From contig DVMK01000134.1 of assembly GCA_018715025.1 (NCBI GenBank), positions 1 through 55,377 on the forward strand: a stretch of 55,377 bases of DNA, given 5' to 3'. Below are positions 18,006 through 26,690 of this stretch, in pieces (positions within the stretch are counted from its first letter, which is position 1; each line of letters begins with the position of its first letter). The position numbers and the translations under genes are program-made. Origin of the DNA: Candidatus Caccousia avistercoris. GTDB taxonomy: Bacteria; Bacillota; Clostridia; Oscillospirales; Acutalibacteraceae. The notes beneath the pieces are model-generated. The model worked only from the letters and a program-made list of their open reading frames with translations, ran no database searches and was not told the origin of the DNA.

Positions 18006-19334
18006 TTACAGCGCCCCGTACAGGCGGTCCAGCAGGGCCAGGCCTGTTTTGGTGCGGAAGATTTTTTCCCGAAGGGAGGCGACTTCGGCCGCCCCCAGGC
18101 CGTTTTCCCCAATGTTCACCAGGAAATCCGCCTCTGCCAGCGCCTGCCAGTCGTCCCCCTGGATATTTTCATAGGAATGGTGGCGGCCCACCAGCCAGGC
18201 CACCCGCTCCACCACGTCAAGCCCGTAGCCAAGGCGGGAAAGCATCCGCCGGGCGGGGGCGGGGCCCTCCGTCTCCTGCAGGGGGCCTGCGTCAGAGCCG
18301 TACTTTTCCAGCGCCGGGCGGATGCCGATGTCGTGTACCAGGGCGGCCGCCTCCACCACACGCCGCAGGGGCTGGGGGAAGCCCTCGCCCCGGGCGATCA
18401 CCCCGGCGTAGGCGTACACCTTCATCAGGTGATGGATGCGCCGGGGGCAGCCCTGCTCATACTCTGCCATGGCCAGGGCCAAAGCGGAATCATCCGGGGG
18501 AAGGCGGCCGGGCTCCAGCACAAAGCGCTCTACGGCAATGCCCAGGCCGCCCCGGCTGTTGATTTCCTCCGTCTCATACCGTGCATGGGCCTTCGTCTCG
18601 GGCAGGCCGTTCTTCATGGCCACCGAATACCCGGCCCAGTCCATCATGTCAAAGTCGTTGTCCCCGTCGCCCACGGCCATCACCTCCTCCCGGGCAATGC
18701 CCAGGCGCTGGCACAGGCTGGCCAGGCCCAGGCCCTTATTGACGCCCCGGAAGTTCAGCTCCATATAATTTTCCACCGAGGAGGAAACGGAGAGGTCGTC
18801 CCCCGCCCCCACCCGCCGCAGGATCTCCTCCTTCCGGCGGGGCGGCATATTGGAAACGGTGATTTTCTCTACCTGGCGGCGGCGCAGCTCCTCCGCCAGG
18901 TTCTGCACCACGTGCACCCTGGTAAGGAAGTGGCGCCAGAACCCGTTGGTCCTGGCCCATTCCTGCAGGATGGGCAGGTGCTTTTCCTGAACCCAGGACT
19001 CCCCGTCCGCATAGGATTCCACCGTCACCTCCGGGTACTCCTGCAGGATCTTCAGAATTTCCTGGGCCTTTTCCTGCGGAAAGGGCTGGCAAAACAGCCG
19101 TTCCCCTGTGGCTGTGTCCGCCGCGGCCGCCCCGTTGGAAACCACCGCGTAGCGGATCTGGGGCACCTGGGCCAGCACGTTCTGCAGAAGCGCCAGGGTG
19201 CGCCCGCTGCAGATGGCCAGCTGCACCCCCTGCTCCGCCGCCCGGCGCAGCGCCTGCCGGGAGCGCTCCGGCACCGTCATGTGGTCGTCGTCCAGCAGGG
19301 TGCCGTCCAAATCCACCGCAATCAATCGTATCAA
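18006..19334 (-). CDS. Cof-type HAD-IIB phosphatase fused to C-terminal HD-domain phosphohydrolase
   Basis: DLDGTLL, CSGR, NKG, GDGDNDFDM followed in frame by RIHH...VHDIG...HH...EADFLVN; TTG start after GAGGAGG. Confidence 0.85.
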   Translation of the reverse strand: MIRLIAVDLDGTLLDDDHMTVPERSRQALRRAAEQGVQLAICSGRTLALLQNVLAQVPQIRYAVVSNGAAAADTATGERLFCQPFPQEKAQEILKILQEYPEVTVESYADGESWVQEKHLPILQEWARTNGFWRHFLTRVHVVQNLAEELRRRQVEKITVSNMPPRRKEEILRRVGAGDDLSVSSSVENYMELNFRGVNKGLGLASLCQRLGIAREEVMAVGDGDNDFDMMDWAGYSVAMKNGLPETKAHARYETEEINSRGGLGIAVERFVLEPGRLPPDDSALALAMAEYEQGCPRRIHHLMKVYAYAGVIARGEGFPQPLRRVVEAAALVHDIGIRPALEKYGSDAGPLQETEGPAPARRMLSRLGYGLDVVERVAWLVGRHHSYENIQGDDWQALAEADFLVNIGENGLGAAEVASLREKIFRTKTGLALLDRLYGAL

Positions 19335-19482
19335 CCGTAATCCCTCCTCGTATACAGCGTCTCTTTTCAGTATAAACGGAGGATTTTCAATTGCAATTCT
19401 TTTTGCCGGGAAAGGAAGCGATTCTGTCAAACACACGGGAATTTTCCAATCAGACGGAAAATTTTGTCTCTTTTGTCTCCCC

Positions 19483-19511
19483 TTTACAAGGCCGCCCTCC
19501 TGCGGTATCAT
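19483..19511 (+). promoter_or_regulatory. sigma-A promoter of dmpA-like gene
   Basis: TTTACA-17 nt-TATCAT. Confidence 0.6.
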
Positions 19512-19543
19512 GATAAAAACACACAGCAAAAGGAGCGGACGCT

Positions 19544-20578
19544 ATGGGAACCACCCTTTCCTTCGACCATTTTCCAAAAGGCCCGAAAAATCAAATCACC
19601 GACGTGCCCGGCGTGCTGGTGGGCCACAAGACGCTGAGCAGCGGCCCGGTGCAGACGGGGGTGACCGCCGTTCTTCCCCACGGGGGCAACCTGTTCCGGG
19701 AGAAGGTCACCGCCGCCGTCCATGTGATCAACGGCTTCGGGAAAAGTACCGGCAGCATTCAGGTGGAGGAGCTGGGCACGCTGGAAACGCCCATCCTTCT
19801 CACCAACACACTCAGCGTGGGGGACGTTTCCTCTGAGCTGGTGAAGTACATGCTGGAGCAGAACCCGGAAATCGGGGTGGACACCGGTACCGTGAACCCG
19901 GTGGTGATGGAGTGCAACGACGGCTACCTGAACGACATCCGGGGCCTGCACGTCACCGGGCAGGACGTGCGCGAGGCCCTGGCGGCGGCTTCCCCCAGCT
20001 TTGCGGAGGGGGCGGTGGGCGCAGGCCGGGGCATGAGCTGCTACCAGCTGAAGGGGGGCATAGGCTCTGCCTCGCGCCTGCTGGAATTCGGCGGCAGAAC
20101 CTACTGCCTGGGGGCCCTGGTGCTGAGCAACTTCGGTTCGCTGGCAGACCTGATTGTGTGCGGCCGCCCTGTGGGCCCCCGCCTGGCGGCGGACCTGGCC
20201 ATGGAGGAGGACCTGGGCTCCATCATCAGCATTCTGGCCACGGACGTGCCCCTGAGTGAACGGCAGCTGAAGCGGCTGTGCAGGCGGGCCTCGGTGGGCA
20301 TTGCCCGCACCGGGGGCCACATTGGCAACGGCAGCGGCGAGGTGGTGCTGGGCTTCACCACCGCCCACCGGATCCGCCACCAGGAGGAGCGGGACGTCAT
20401 CGACTTCCCCGTTTTGGCGGAAAAGAACATCAACCTGATGTTCCGCGCGGCAGCGGGGGCGGTGGAGGAAGCGATCATCAGTTCTATGCTCCACGCGGAA
20501 ACCGTCACCGGCCGGGCGGGCCACCGGCGCCTGTCCCTGGCAGGGCTTCTGAAAGAGGAGCTTCCCGCCTGGGAATGA
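19544..20578 (+). CDS. P1/S58 family peptidase (DmpA-like L-aminopeptidase/D-Ala-esterase-amidase)
   Basis: NQITDVPGV, TGVTAV, NGFGK, ECNDG, GAVGAG.GM, KGGIGSASR, autocleavage G-S in LGSII..ATD. Confidence 0.88.
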   Translation: MGTTLSFDHFPKGPKNQITDVPGVLVGHKTLSSGPVQTGVTAVLPHGGNLFREKVTAAVHVINGFGKSTGSIQVEELGTLETPILLTNTLSVGDVSSELVKYMLEQNPEIGVDTGTVNPVVMECNDGYLNDIRGLHVTGQDVREALAAASPSFAEGAVGAGRGMSCYQLKGGIGSASRLLEFGGRTYCLGALVLSNFGSLADLIVCGRPVGPRLAADLAMEEDLGSIISILATDVPLSERQLKRLCRRASVGIARTGGHIGNGSGEVVLGFTTAHRIRHQEERDVIDFPVLAEKNINLMFRAAAGAVEEAIISSMLHAETVTGRAGHRRLSLAGLLKEELPAWE

Positions 20579-20593
20579 AAGGGAAAAAAGCTG

Positions 20594-20628
20594 AAAAAGC
20601 GGCCCCCCCGCGCTGCGGGGAGCCGCTT
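20594..20628. terminator. terminator between convergent peptidase genes
   Basis: AAGCGGC...GCCGCTT hairpin, U-tract on minus strand. Confidence 0.6.
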
Positions 20629-20651
20629 GCTGGTTTTCGGAAGCTTTCCGG

Positions 20652-21449
20652 TTACAGGCAGAACATGAAGAATTTCAGCACATCCATGTAATCGCCGGAA
20701 GAAAACACGACGGTCTTATCGTCCACCGCCTTGGCCCCCGGGTAGAAGGAATTGCGGAAGGCCGCCTTGTGCTCCCGGTAGCGCACCTCCACCTGGAAGC
20801 TGGCGGGCAGAACCACCTTGCACTGGGACACATCCTTCCGCAGGGCCTCTGCCATGCCGGCGCGGATGCGCTTCACGGCCTCTGCCGGCTGCAGGGAGAG
20901 GGAAGCGCCGCCCATGCCCTCGCTCACCGCCACGGCGGTGATGTTGGGGCAAATAGCCCTGGCGCTTTCGCACAGGGCCTTGTCGCCGCTGACAAACACC
21001 ACCGGCACCCCCAGGTACCCGGCGTAGTAGGCGTTGATGCGGAACTCGCTGGCCAGCTCCCCGTTGATTTTAATGTACTCATTCTGCAGGTTCATGGTGT
21101 GGGAAAGGGGGTTGCCGTTGACCGCGCAGCCGCTGTGGTAGCCGGTCATGGCTGCGGCGCCGAAGCTTGCGTCAAGCCCGGCCATCATAGAGGCGGGGCC
21201 GCCGGTCCAGCCGCGCAGGATGCGCACGCCCTCGGGCAGCTCTTCCGGGATGATGTTGCGGGCGGTGTCGTGGGCGTCCTTCACCACAACCTCCTGCACG
21301 CCGGCTTCCTGGGCGCCCCGGCAGGCGCCGCGCACCTCGCGGGTCATTTGGGCGGAAAAATATTCGTACAGCTTGGAACCGGGCTCGGTTTCGTCCCAGG
21401 TGCAGATGCCTGCGGTGCCCTCAATGTCAGAGCTGATAAAAAGCTTCAT
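20652..21449 (-). CDS. M55 family D-aminopeptidase (DppA-like)
   Basis: ISSDIEG, DAH, GYHS, LSHT, SE, VSGD Zn-ligand motifs; AGGAGG RBS. Confidence 0.9.
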   Translation of the reverse strand: MKLFISSDIEGTAGICTWDETEPGSKLYEYFSAQMTREVRGACRGAQEAGVQEVVVKDAHDTARNIIPEELPEGVRILRGWTGGPASMMAGLDASFGAAAMTGYHSGCAVNGNPLSHTMNLQNEYIKINGELASEFRINAYYAGYLGVPVVFVSGDKALCESARAICPNITAVAVSEGMGGASLSLQPAEAVKRIRAGMAEALRKDVSQCKVVLPASFQVEVRYREHKAAFRNSFYPGAKAVDDKTVVFSSGDYMDVLKFFMFCL

Positions 21450-21562
21450 GGTTTTCTTTCCTCCTGTCATAAAATCAGTCCCCGGCGGGCAGGGGCCGCA
21501 CGGTTTCGCGGGGCCTGTCCGCGCCTTCATTCGTCCGGCGAAGGGGTGAAGCAGATAGGAAC

Positions 21563-21591
21563 ATTATACCGTTTTCTGGCGAAAACCGCAA
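21563..21591 (-). promoter_or_regulatory. sigma-A promoter of dppA-like gene
   Basis: minus strand TTGCGG-17 nt-TATAAT, ~110 nt upstream of ATG. Confidence 0.65.
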
Positions 21592-21595
21592 TGGG

Positions 21596-22078
21596 TTACG
21601 GGGATTCTTTCCCTGCAAGGGGCAGCCGGTACACCAGAAGGTCCCCTTCCCTTCCCTGCAGGCGGAAACCGTGTTTTTCCGCCAGGCGGCGTGTCGCGGC
21701 CTGCTCCGGCACACATTCCAGCACCAGGGCGGGAATTCCCTCCCGCCTGGCGCGGGCAGAAACCGCCCTGGTAAGTTCCCCCGCCAGGCCGCGGCCCCAG
21801 AGCTCCCGCCCCAGTACCCAGCCCAGCTCCCAGTCCCGCCCCCTGTAAGGGTGAAAGATCAGGTAACCCGCCGCCTTTTCTTCCCCCCGCAGAAGGACGG
21901 TGTGGATGGGCGGCGGGCTGGCCTGAAGGCATTGGGCTACGAAGCGGGCGGTCTGCTCCTGGGAAAAGGGCGGCTCCAAAAAGCGCATCACGCAGGGGTC
22001 AGCCAAGATCTTTCCCAAGGCCCCTGCATCCTCCTGCCGCAGGGGACGCACCCGGCAGCGCTCTGTTTCCAAATACAA
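21596..22078 (-). CDS. GNAT N-acetyltransferase (RimJ/RimL-like)
   Basis: LETER..RPL, ELGW, WGRGLAGE, RLAEKHGF; TTG start after AAGGAGG. Confidence 0.8.
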   Translation of the reverse strand: MYLETERCRVRPLRQEDAGALGKILADPCVMRFLEPPFSQEQTARFVAQCLQASPPPIHTVLLRGEEKAAGYLIFHPYRGRDWELGWVLGRELWGRGLAGELTRAVSARARREGIPALVLECVPEQAATRRLAEKHGFRLQGREGDLLVYRLPLAGKESP

Positions 22079-22107
22079 CGCGCCCCCTCCTTTCTCTTCC
22101 AGGCATG

Positions 22108-22139
22108 AAAAACCTCCCCGCGGCCAGGCCGCGGGGAGG
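22108..22139 (-). terminator. intrinsic terminator
   Basis: CCTCCCCGCGGC-3 nt-GCCGCGGGGAGG then TTTTT on minus strand. Confidence 0.7.
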
Positions 22140-22152
22140 CGGATTTCAGGCT

Positions 22153-22671
22153 TCACACGCAGGCGGCAGCCGTTTCCATGCCCTCGCCCTTCTGGGTGCG
22201 CAGGCGGCGCTTGCGCACGGTCTGCAGGCGGAACCGGTTGTACCGCTGCACCGCCGCGAAGGGCAGGTTGCCCAGCAGGGTGAGGAAGGCGGCCAGCAGG
22301 CCGAAGCCGATGGGATTGATAAGGAGCAGGAACACCGCGCACAGGGCGCCGGAAAGGTGCATCCACTCGCCCCGGCAGGTTTCCATGATAAACTGGTTCA
22401 GGTATTCCAGGGAAAGGTCGGTCAAATGCTCCTTGGAAAAGCCGTCCTTGGTGGAAAACTGGGGGATTTTATCCTTCCACACATTGATTTTCAGGGTGTC
22501 CTTGTACCACCGGCCGCCCCGCTCCCAATCCCGCGGGCGGAACCTGGGCTTCCTTTCGTCAAAATAGGAGGGCGGCAGCTTGATGCAGGCCACAAAGACC
22601 ACAATGTGCCACACCGCCACAATCAGCAGATCCCATACAATAATTTGAACGCCTGAGAGCCCTTTCAGCAT
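22153..22671 (-). CDS. CrtO-family (glycosyl-4,4'-diaponeurosporenoate acyltransferase-like) membrane protein
   Basis: WE..G..Y, I..WKDKIP, FI.ETCRGE..H, NLPF..VQRYNR.RL. Confidence 0.75.
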   Translation of the reverse strand: MLKGLSGVQIIVWDLLIVAVWHIVVFVACIKLPPSYFDERKPRFRPRDWERGGRWYKDTLKINVWKDKIPQFSTKDGFSKEHLTDLSLEYLNQFIMETCRGEWMHLSGALCAVFLLLINPIGFGLLAAFLTLLGNLPFAAVQRYNRFRLQTVRKRRLRTQKGEGMETAAACV

Positions 22672-22860
22672 CGCCCTCTTCCCCTTTCCTTGTCCATCCC
22701 CGCCCTGCGGAAGATTTCACATAAGCTTATTGCAAAATTAAAAAAATTATTCTGGATTATCCTGCCCAGATATGATAAGATCCACAACAGAGAAATCTTA
22801 CCATTTTGTCACATTTCATGTACTATATTATATCTCAAAAGTTGGGAGCGTGCAAGCAAA

Positions 22861-23871
22861 ATGAAAGTATTATTTTTGGGCGGAACCGGAACCATAAGCT
22901 CGGCCTGCGCGGCCCTGGCCCAGGAGCTGGGCTGGCAGGTCGCCCTGATGAACCGGGGCAGCCGCCCGGCCCCGGAGGGCATGGAGCTGATCCAGGCCGA
23001 CTGCAGCGACCCTGACGCCATGAAAGCGGCCCTGGAGGGGCGGGAATTCGACGTGGTGGCGGATTTCATCGCCTTCACCCCCCTGCACATTCAGCGGGAT
23101 TTGGAGCTGTTCCGCGGCCGGTGCGGCCAGTATATTTTCATCAGCTCCGCCTCCGCCTACCAGAAGCCTGCCTCGCATTACAAAATTACGGAGAGCACCC
23201 CCCTGTGCAACCCTTACTGGCAGTATTCCCGGGACAAAATCGCCTGTGAAGAGCTGCTGATGGAGGCTTACCGGGGCTTCGGCTTCCCCGTCACCATTGT
23301 GCGCCCCAGCCACACCTACTGCGAACGCTCCATCCCGGTGGCGCTGCACGGCAAAAACGGCAGCTGGCAGGTGATCCGCCGCATGCAGGAGGGCAAGCCC
23401 GTTATTGTTCACGGGGACGGCCTTTCCCTGTGGACCTTCACCTTCCACACCGACTTTGCCAAAGCCTTCTGCGGGCTGATGGGCAACCCCCACGCCCTGG
23501 GGGAGGCGGTTCACATTACCAGCGACGAAACCCTTACCTGGAACCAGGCCTACGAGATTATTGGCCGCACCATTGGGGTAAAGCCGAACCTGGTACACAT
23601 TTCCAGCGATTTTCTGGCCGCCTTCAACCCGGAGCTGCTGGGCTCCCTTCTGGGGGACAAGGCCAATTCCGTGGTGTTCGACAACAGCAAGATCAAGCGC
23701 CTGGTTCCCGGCTTCTGCGCCCAGGTGCGCTACGACCAGGGCGTGGCCCGCTGCTGGGAGTACCTGCAGGCCCACCGGGAACTGCAGAAGGAGGATCCCT
23801 CCTTCGACGCCTGGTGCGACCGGGTCATCGCCGCCCATTTCGCGGGGCTGAGGGGGGCCGCCCGTGGATGA
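22861..23871 (+). CDS. NAD-dependent epimerase/dehydratase (extended SDR)
   Basis: LGGTGTIS, FISSASAY, YSRDK, RPSHTY. Confidence 0.88.
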   Translation: MKVLFLGGTGTISSACAALAQELGWQVALMNRGSRPAPEGMELIQADCSDPDAMKAALEGREFDVVADFIAFTPLHIQRDLELFRGRCGQYIFISSASAYQKPASHYKITESTPLCNPYWQYSRDKIACEELLMEAYRGFGFPVTIVRPSHTYCERSIPVALHGKNGSWQVIRRMQEGKPVIVHGDGLSLWTFTFHTDFAKAFCGLMGNPHALGEAVHITSDETLTWNQAYEIIGRTIGVKPNLVHISSDFLAAFNPELLGSLLGDKANSVVFDNSKIKRLVPGFCAQVRYDQGVARCWEYLQAHRELQKEDPSFDAWCDRVIAAHFAGLRGAARG

Positions 23872-24593
23872 TTTTCAGGCCCTGCGCAGGCTTCCCATCC
23901 CCCCGCCCCGGTTTGACGAAAACGTGCCGGTGCCGTCGCCCCAGGAGTGCGGCGAGCCTTTGGTGGACCTGACCGGCGCAAGCCCCCGGCTGCAGTACGC
24001 CGCCTCGTACCGCAGCCGTGGCGTTCCCCACGCCCCGGCGCGCTGCTGGCTGCGGAAAACAGCGGCCGCCATGCTGGTGCAGGCGGCGGAAGCCCTGCCC
24101 CCCCGGGTGGTCTCTTCTGGTGTACGACAGCCTGCGCCCCCTGGCGGTGCAGCAGGCCCTGTACGACGAATTCCGGGAAAGGCTGCGAAAGCAGCACCCA
24201 GACTACACCGAGCAGCAGCTGGCGGAGGCCATCGACGGCTTTGTGGCCCTGCCCCGCCGGGACTTCCTGCGCCCCGCCCCCCACACCACCGGCGGGGCGG
24301 TGGACTTAACCCTCTGCCGCCAGGGGGAGCCGGTGCCCATGGGAACCGGCTTTGACGACTTTTCCCCCCGGGCCGCCACCCGGTTCCTGGAGGATCACCC
24401 CCAGGACGAAGCGGGCCAGGCCGCCCTGGAAAACAGGCGGCTGCTGTACCATTTTCTCACCCGGCGCGGCTTTGTGAACTATGAGGGGGAATGGTGGCAT
24501 TTTTCTTACGGCGACCGGGCCTGGGCCCGGCAGAAGGAAACCACGCCCTGCTACGGCTTTCTGGATCTGGAAGGCCGCGGGGATATTTGGTAA
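23864..24593 (+). pseudogene. VanX/DdpX-like D-Ala-D-Ala dipeptidase (M15), +1 frameshift in C7 tract 24098-24104
   Basis: frame 1 ECGEPLV..LRKTAA..L..AAEALPP; frame 2 GWSLLVYDSLRP..Q, PHTTGGAVD, MGTGFDDF, NRRLL, EWWHFSYGD; deleting one C gives 242 aa. Confidence 0.85.
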
Positions 24594-24615
24594 ACAAGAG
24601 AGAGGAGGATTTCCT

Positions 24616-25533
24616 ATGAATTTGGAACAGCGGTTCCGGGAATTTGTTCGGGAAGCGGAGCAGCGGGGGCTGGCCATAGAGGGCATAGCGGTGGCCGACG
24701 AGAAAAAAGTGCTGCTGGAGCACCGCTTCACCCCCGACCTGCCCCGGAACATCTATTCCCACACCAAAAGCTACACCGCCACCGCCGTGGGTCTGGCCGT
24801 GGAGGAAGGGATTCTGCGCCTGGAGGACCGGCTGGCAGACTTTTTCCCGGAAAAGCTGCCCAAGGCCCCCCCGCCCGCACTGCTGCAGATTACCCTGCGC
24901 TGCCTGCTCACCATGTCCAGCGGCTTCGGAAAATCCTACCTGATGTCGGAGGAGCGGCGCGGCGGGGAGGGAGCGCCGGACTACATGGCCTACATGCTCT
25001 CGCGCCCGGTGACAGAGCAGCCGGGGCAGCGCTTCTGCTACTCCACGGCAGACAGCATTTTGGCCGGGTACATGGTGGAAAAGGCCGCCGGCGTGCGCCT
25101 GGGCCAGTACCTGTACGAGCGTCTCTTTTCCAGGCTGGGCCAGGGCTACCCTGTGTGGGAGCATGACCCCCAGGGCCACCCCAACGGCGGAGGCGGCATG
25201 TTCCTGCGGCTGACCGAAATGATGAAGCTGGGCCAGCTGTACCTGGCCGGCGGCCGCTGGCAGGGGGAGCAGGTGGTGCCGGCCGGCTGGGTGCGCGAGG
25301 CCACCCGAAAGCAGATTGACACCGGCAACCCCGGCGACGTGTGGAGCTGCGGGTACGGCTACCAGTTCTGGCTTTCTCCCTACCCGGGCAGCTACCGGGC
25401 AGACGGGGCCTTCGGGCAGGTTTCCACCGTACTGCCGGAAAAGGGGCTGGTGGTGGCGGTGCAGTGCCCGGAAACCGGCGATTTTGAACAGGTGAAGCGC
25501 CTGCTTCACGAGGACTTTCTCGCCCTGCTGTAA
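24616..25533 (+). CDS. serine hydrolase, beta-lactamase/PBP (class C-like) family
   Basis: SxxK (YSHTKS), LLTMSSG, F.YS, KLGQLYL..G.W.G, YGYQFW, DGAFGQ; no signal peptide; GAGGAGG RBS. Confidence 0.85.
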   Translation: MNLEQRFREFVREAEQRGLAIEGIAVADEKKVLLEHRFTPDLPRNIYSHTKSYTATAVGLAVEEGILRLEDRLADFFPEKLPKAPPPALLQITLRCLLTMSSGFGKSYLMSEERRGGEGAPDYMAYMLSRPVTEQPGQRFCYSTADSILAGYMVEKAAGVRLGQYLYERLFSRLGQGYPVWEHDPQGHPNGGGGMFLRLTEMMKLGQLYLAGGRWQGEQVVPAGWVREATRKQIDTGNPGDVWSCGYGYQFWLSPYPGSYRADGAFGQVSTVLPEKGLVVAVQCPETGDFEQVKRLLHEDFLALL

Positions 25534-25598
25534 GCGGGGGGCTGTTCCCCGCAGGCGTTCTTCACAACGCCAAAAACCTGGGGGATGAGGAGGCCGTC

Positions 25599-25646
25599 AT
25601 GATCATCTCCTACTCTTCCCCAGAGCGCCGCACAGAACAGGCATAA
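25599..25646 (+). CDS. possible 15-aa small ORF MIISYSSPERRTEQA
   Basis: GAGGAGG 5 nt before ATG, stop immediately before terminator. Confidence 0.3.
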   Translation: MIISYSSPERRTEQA

Positions 25647-25650
25647 CGGC

Positions 25651-25698
25651 AAAAACCCCGGCCGCCGCAGAAAACTGCGGGCAGCCGGGGTCTTTTTT
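25651..25698. terminator. bidirectional terminator
   Basis: AAAAACCCCGGC...GCCGGGGTCTTTTTT between convergent units. Confidence 0.75.
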
Positions 25699-25722
25699 AT
25701 GCAGGCCCGTACCGGGCGGGGC

Positions 25723-26568
25723 TTACTTCTGCTTCGCTTCCAGGGCTTCCACCGCGTCGGCGGCCTTTTCCAGCCCTTCGGTGTGGCACAGCTCCACCAG
25801 GCCCGCGTCGCAGTTCTTGGCCACCTCGGGGTCAAGGGGCAGGCGGCCCAGCAGCGTGAGGCCGTACTTGGCGGCAATTTCTTCCACATGGCTTTCGCCG
25901 AACACGCGAAGCTCACGGCCGCAGTCGGGGCACTTCACATAGCTCATGTTCTCCACAATGCCGATGATGGGCACGTCCATCATCTGGGCCATGTTGACCG
26001 CCTTGGCCACAATCATGGAAACCAGCTCCTGGGGGGAGGTCACCACAATAATCCCGTCCAGGGGAATGCTCTGGAACACGGTGAGGGGCACGTCGCCGGT
26101 GCCGGGGGGCATGTCCACAAACATGTAATCCACGTCGTTCCAGATCACATCCGTCCAGAACTGCTTCACCGTGTTGGCGATGATGGGCCCGCGCCACACC
26201 ACCGGCGCGCACTCGTCGTCCAGCAGAAGATTTACCGACATAATGTCAACGCCTGTTTTCGTCTTTACAGGCAGCAGGCCCAGCTCGTTCCCCATGGCCT
26301 TCTGGTGAATGCCGAACGCCTTGGGAATGGAGGGGCCGGTAATGTCCGCATCCAAAATCGCCGTGTGGGCTCCCCGCCGGTTCATAGCCACCGCCATCAG
26401 GGAGGTTACCAGGCTTTTGCCCACGCCGCCCTTTCCGCTGACCACGCCGATCACTTTTTTGATACTGCTCATTGCGTGGGGCTTTTCCAGGAAGTCCTCC
26501 GGCTTTCTCTGACGCTCCGCGCAGTTTTCGCTGCAATTCCCACAATCGTGGCTGCAACCTTCGCTCAT
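25723..26568 (-). CDS. Mrp/NBP35 (ApbC) Fe-S cluster carrier ATPase
   Basis: N-terminal CSHDCGNCSENC, SGKGGVGKS, DADITGPS, WRGP, DMPPGTGD, ENMS..CPDC. Confidence 0.92.
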   Translation of the reverse strand: MSEGCSHDCGNCSENCAERQRKPEDFLEKPHAMSSIKKVIGVVSGKGGVGKSLVTSLMAVAMNRRGAHTAILDADITGPSIPKAFGIHQKAMGNELGLLPVKTKTGVDIMSVNLLLDDECAPVVWRGPIIANTVKQFWTDVIWNDVDYMFVDMPPGTGDVPLTVFQSIPLDGIIVVTSPQELVSMIVAKAVNMAQMMDVPIIGIVENMSYVKCPDCGRELRVFGESHVEEIAAKYGLTLLGRLPLDPEVAKNCDAGLVELCHTEGLEKAADAVEALEAKQK

Positions 26569-26661
26569 TTCCTTCACGCCTTTCCGCGCCCCGCAGGGCG
26601 CACTCCATACTCCTGCCTGCGGCGGGGCAAACCGGCGCGCCGCAGGCCATGATACTTTTCC

Positions 26662-26690
26662 ATTATACGGGAGATTTTCCGCTTTGTCAA
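26662..26690 (-). promoter_or_regulatory. consensus sigma-A promoter of mrp
   Basis: minus strand TTGACA-17 nt-TATAAT; -35 overlaps kinase stop codon. Confidence 0.85.
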
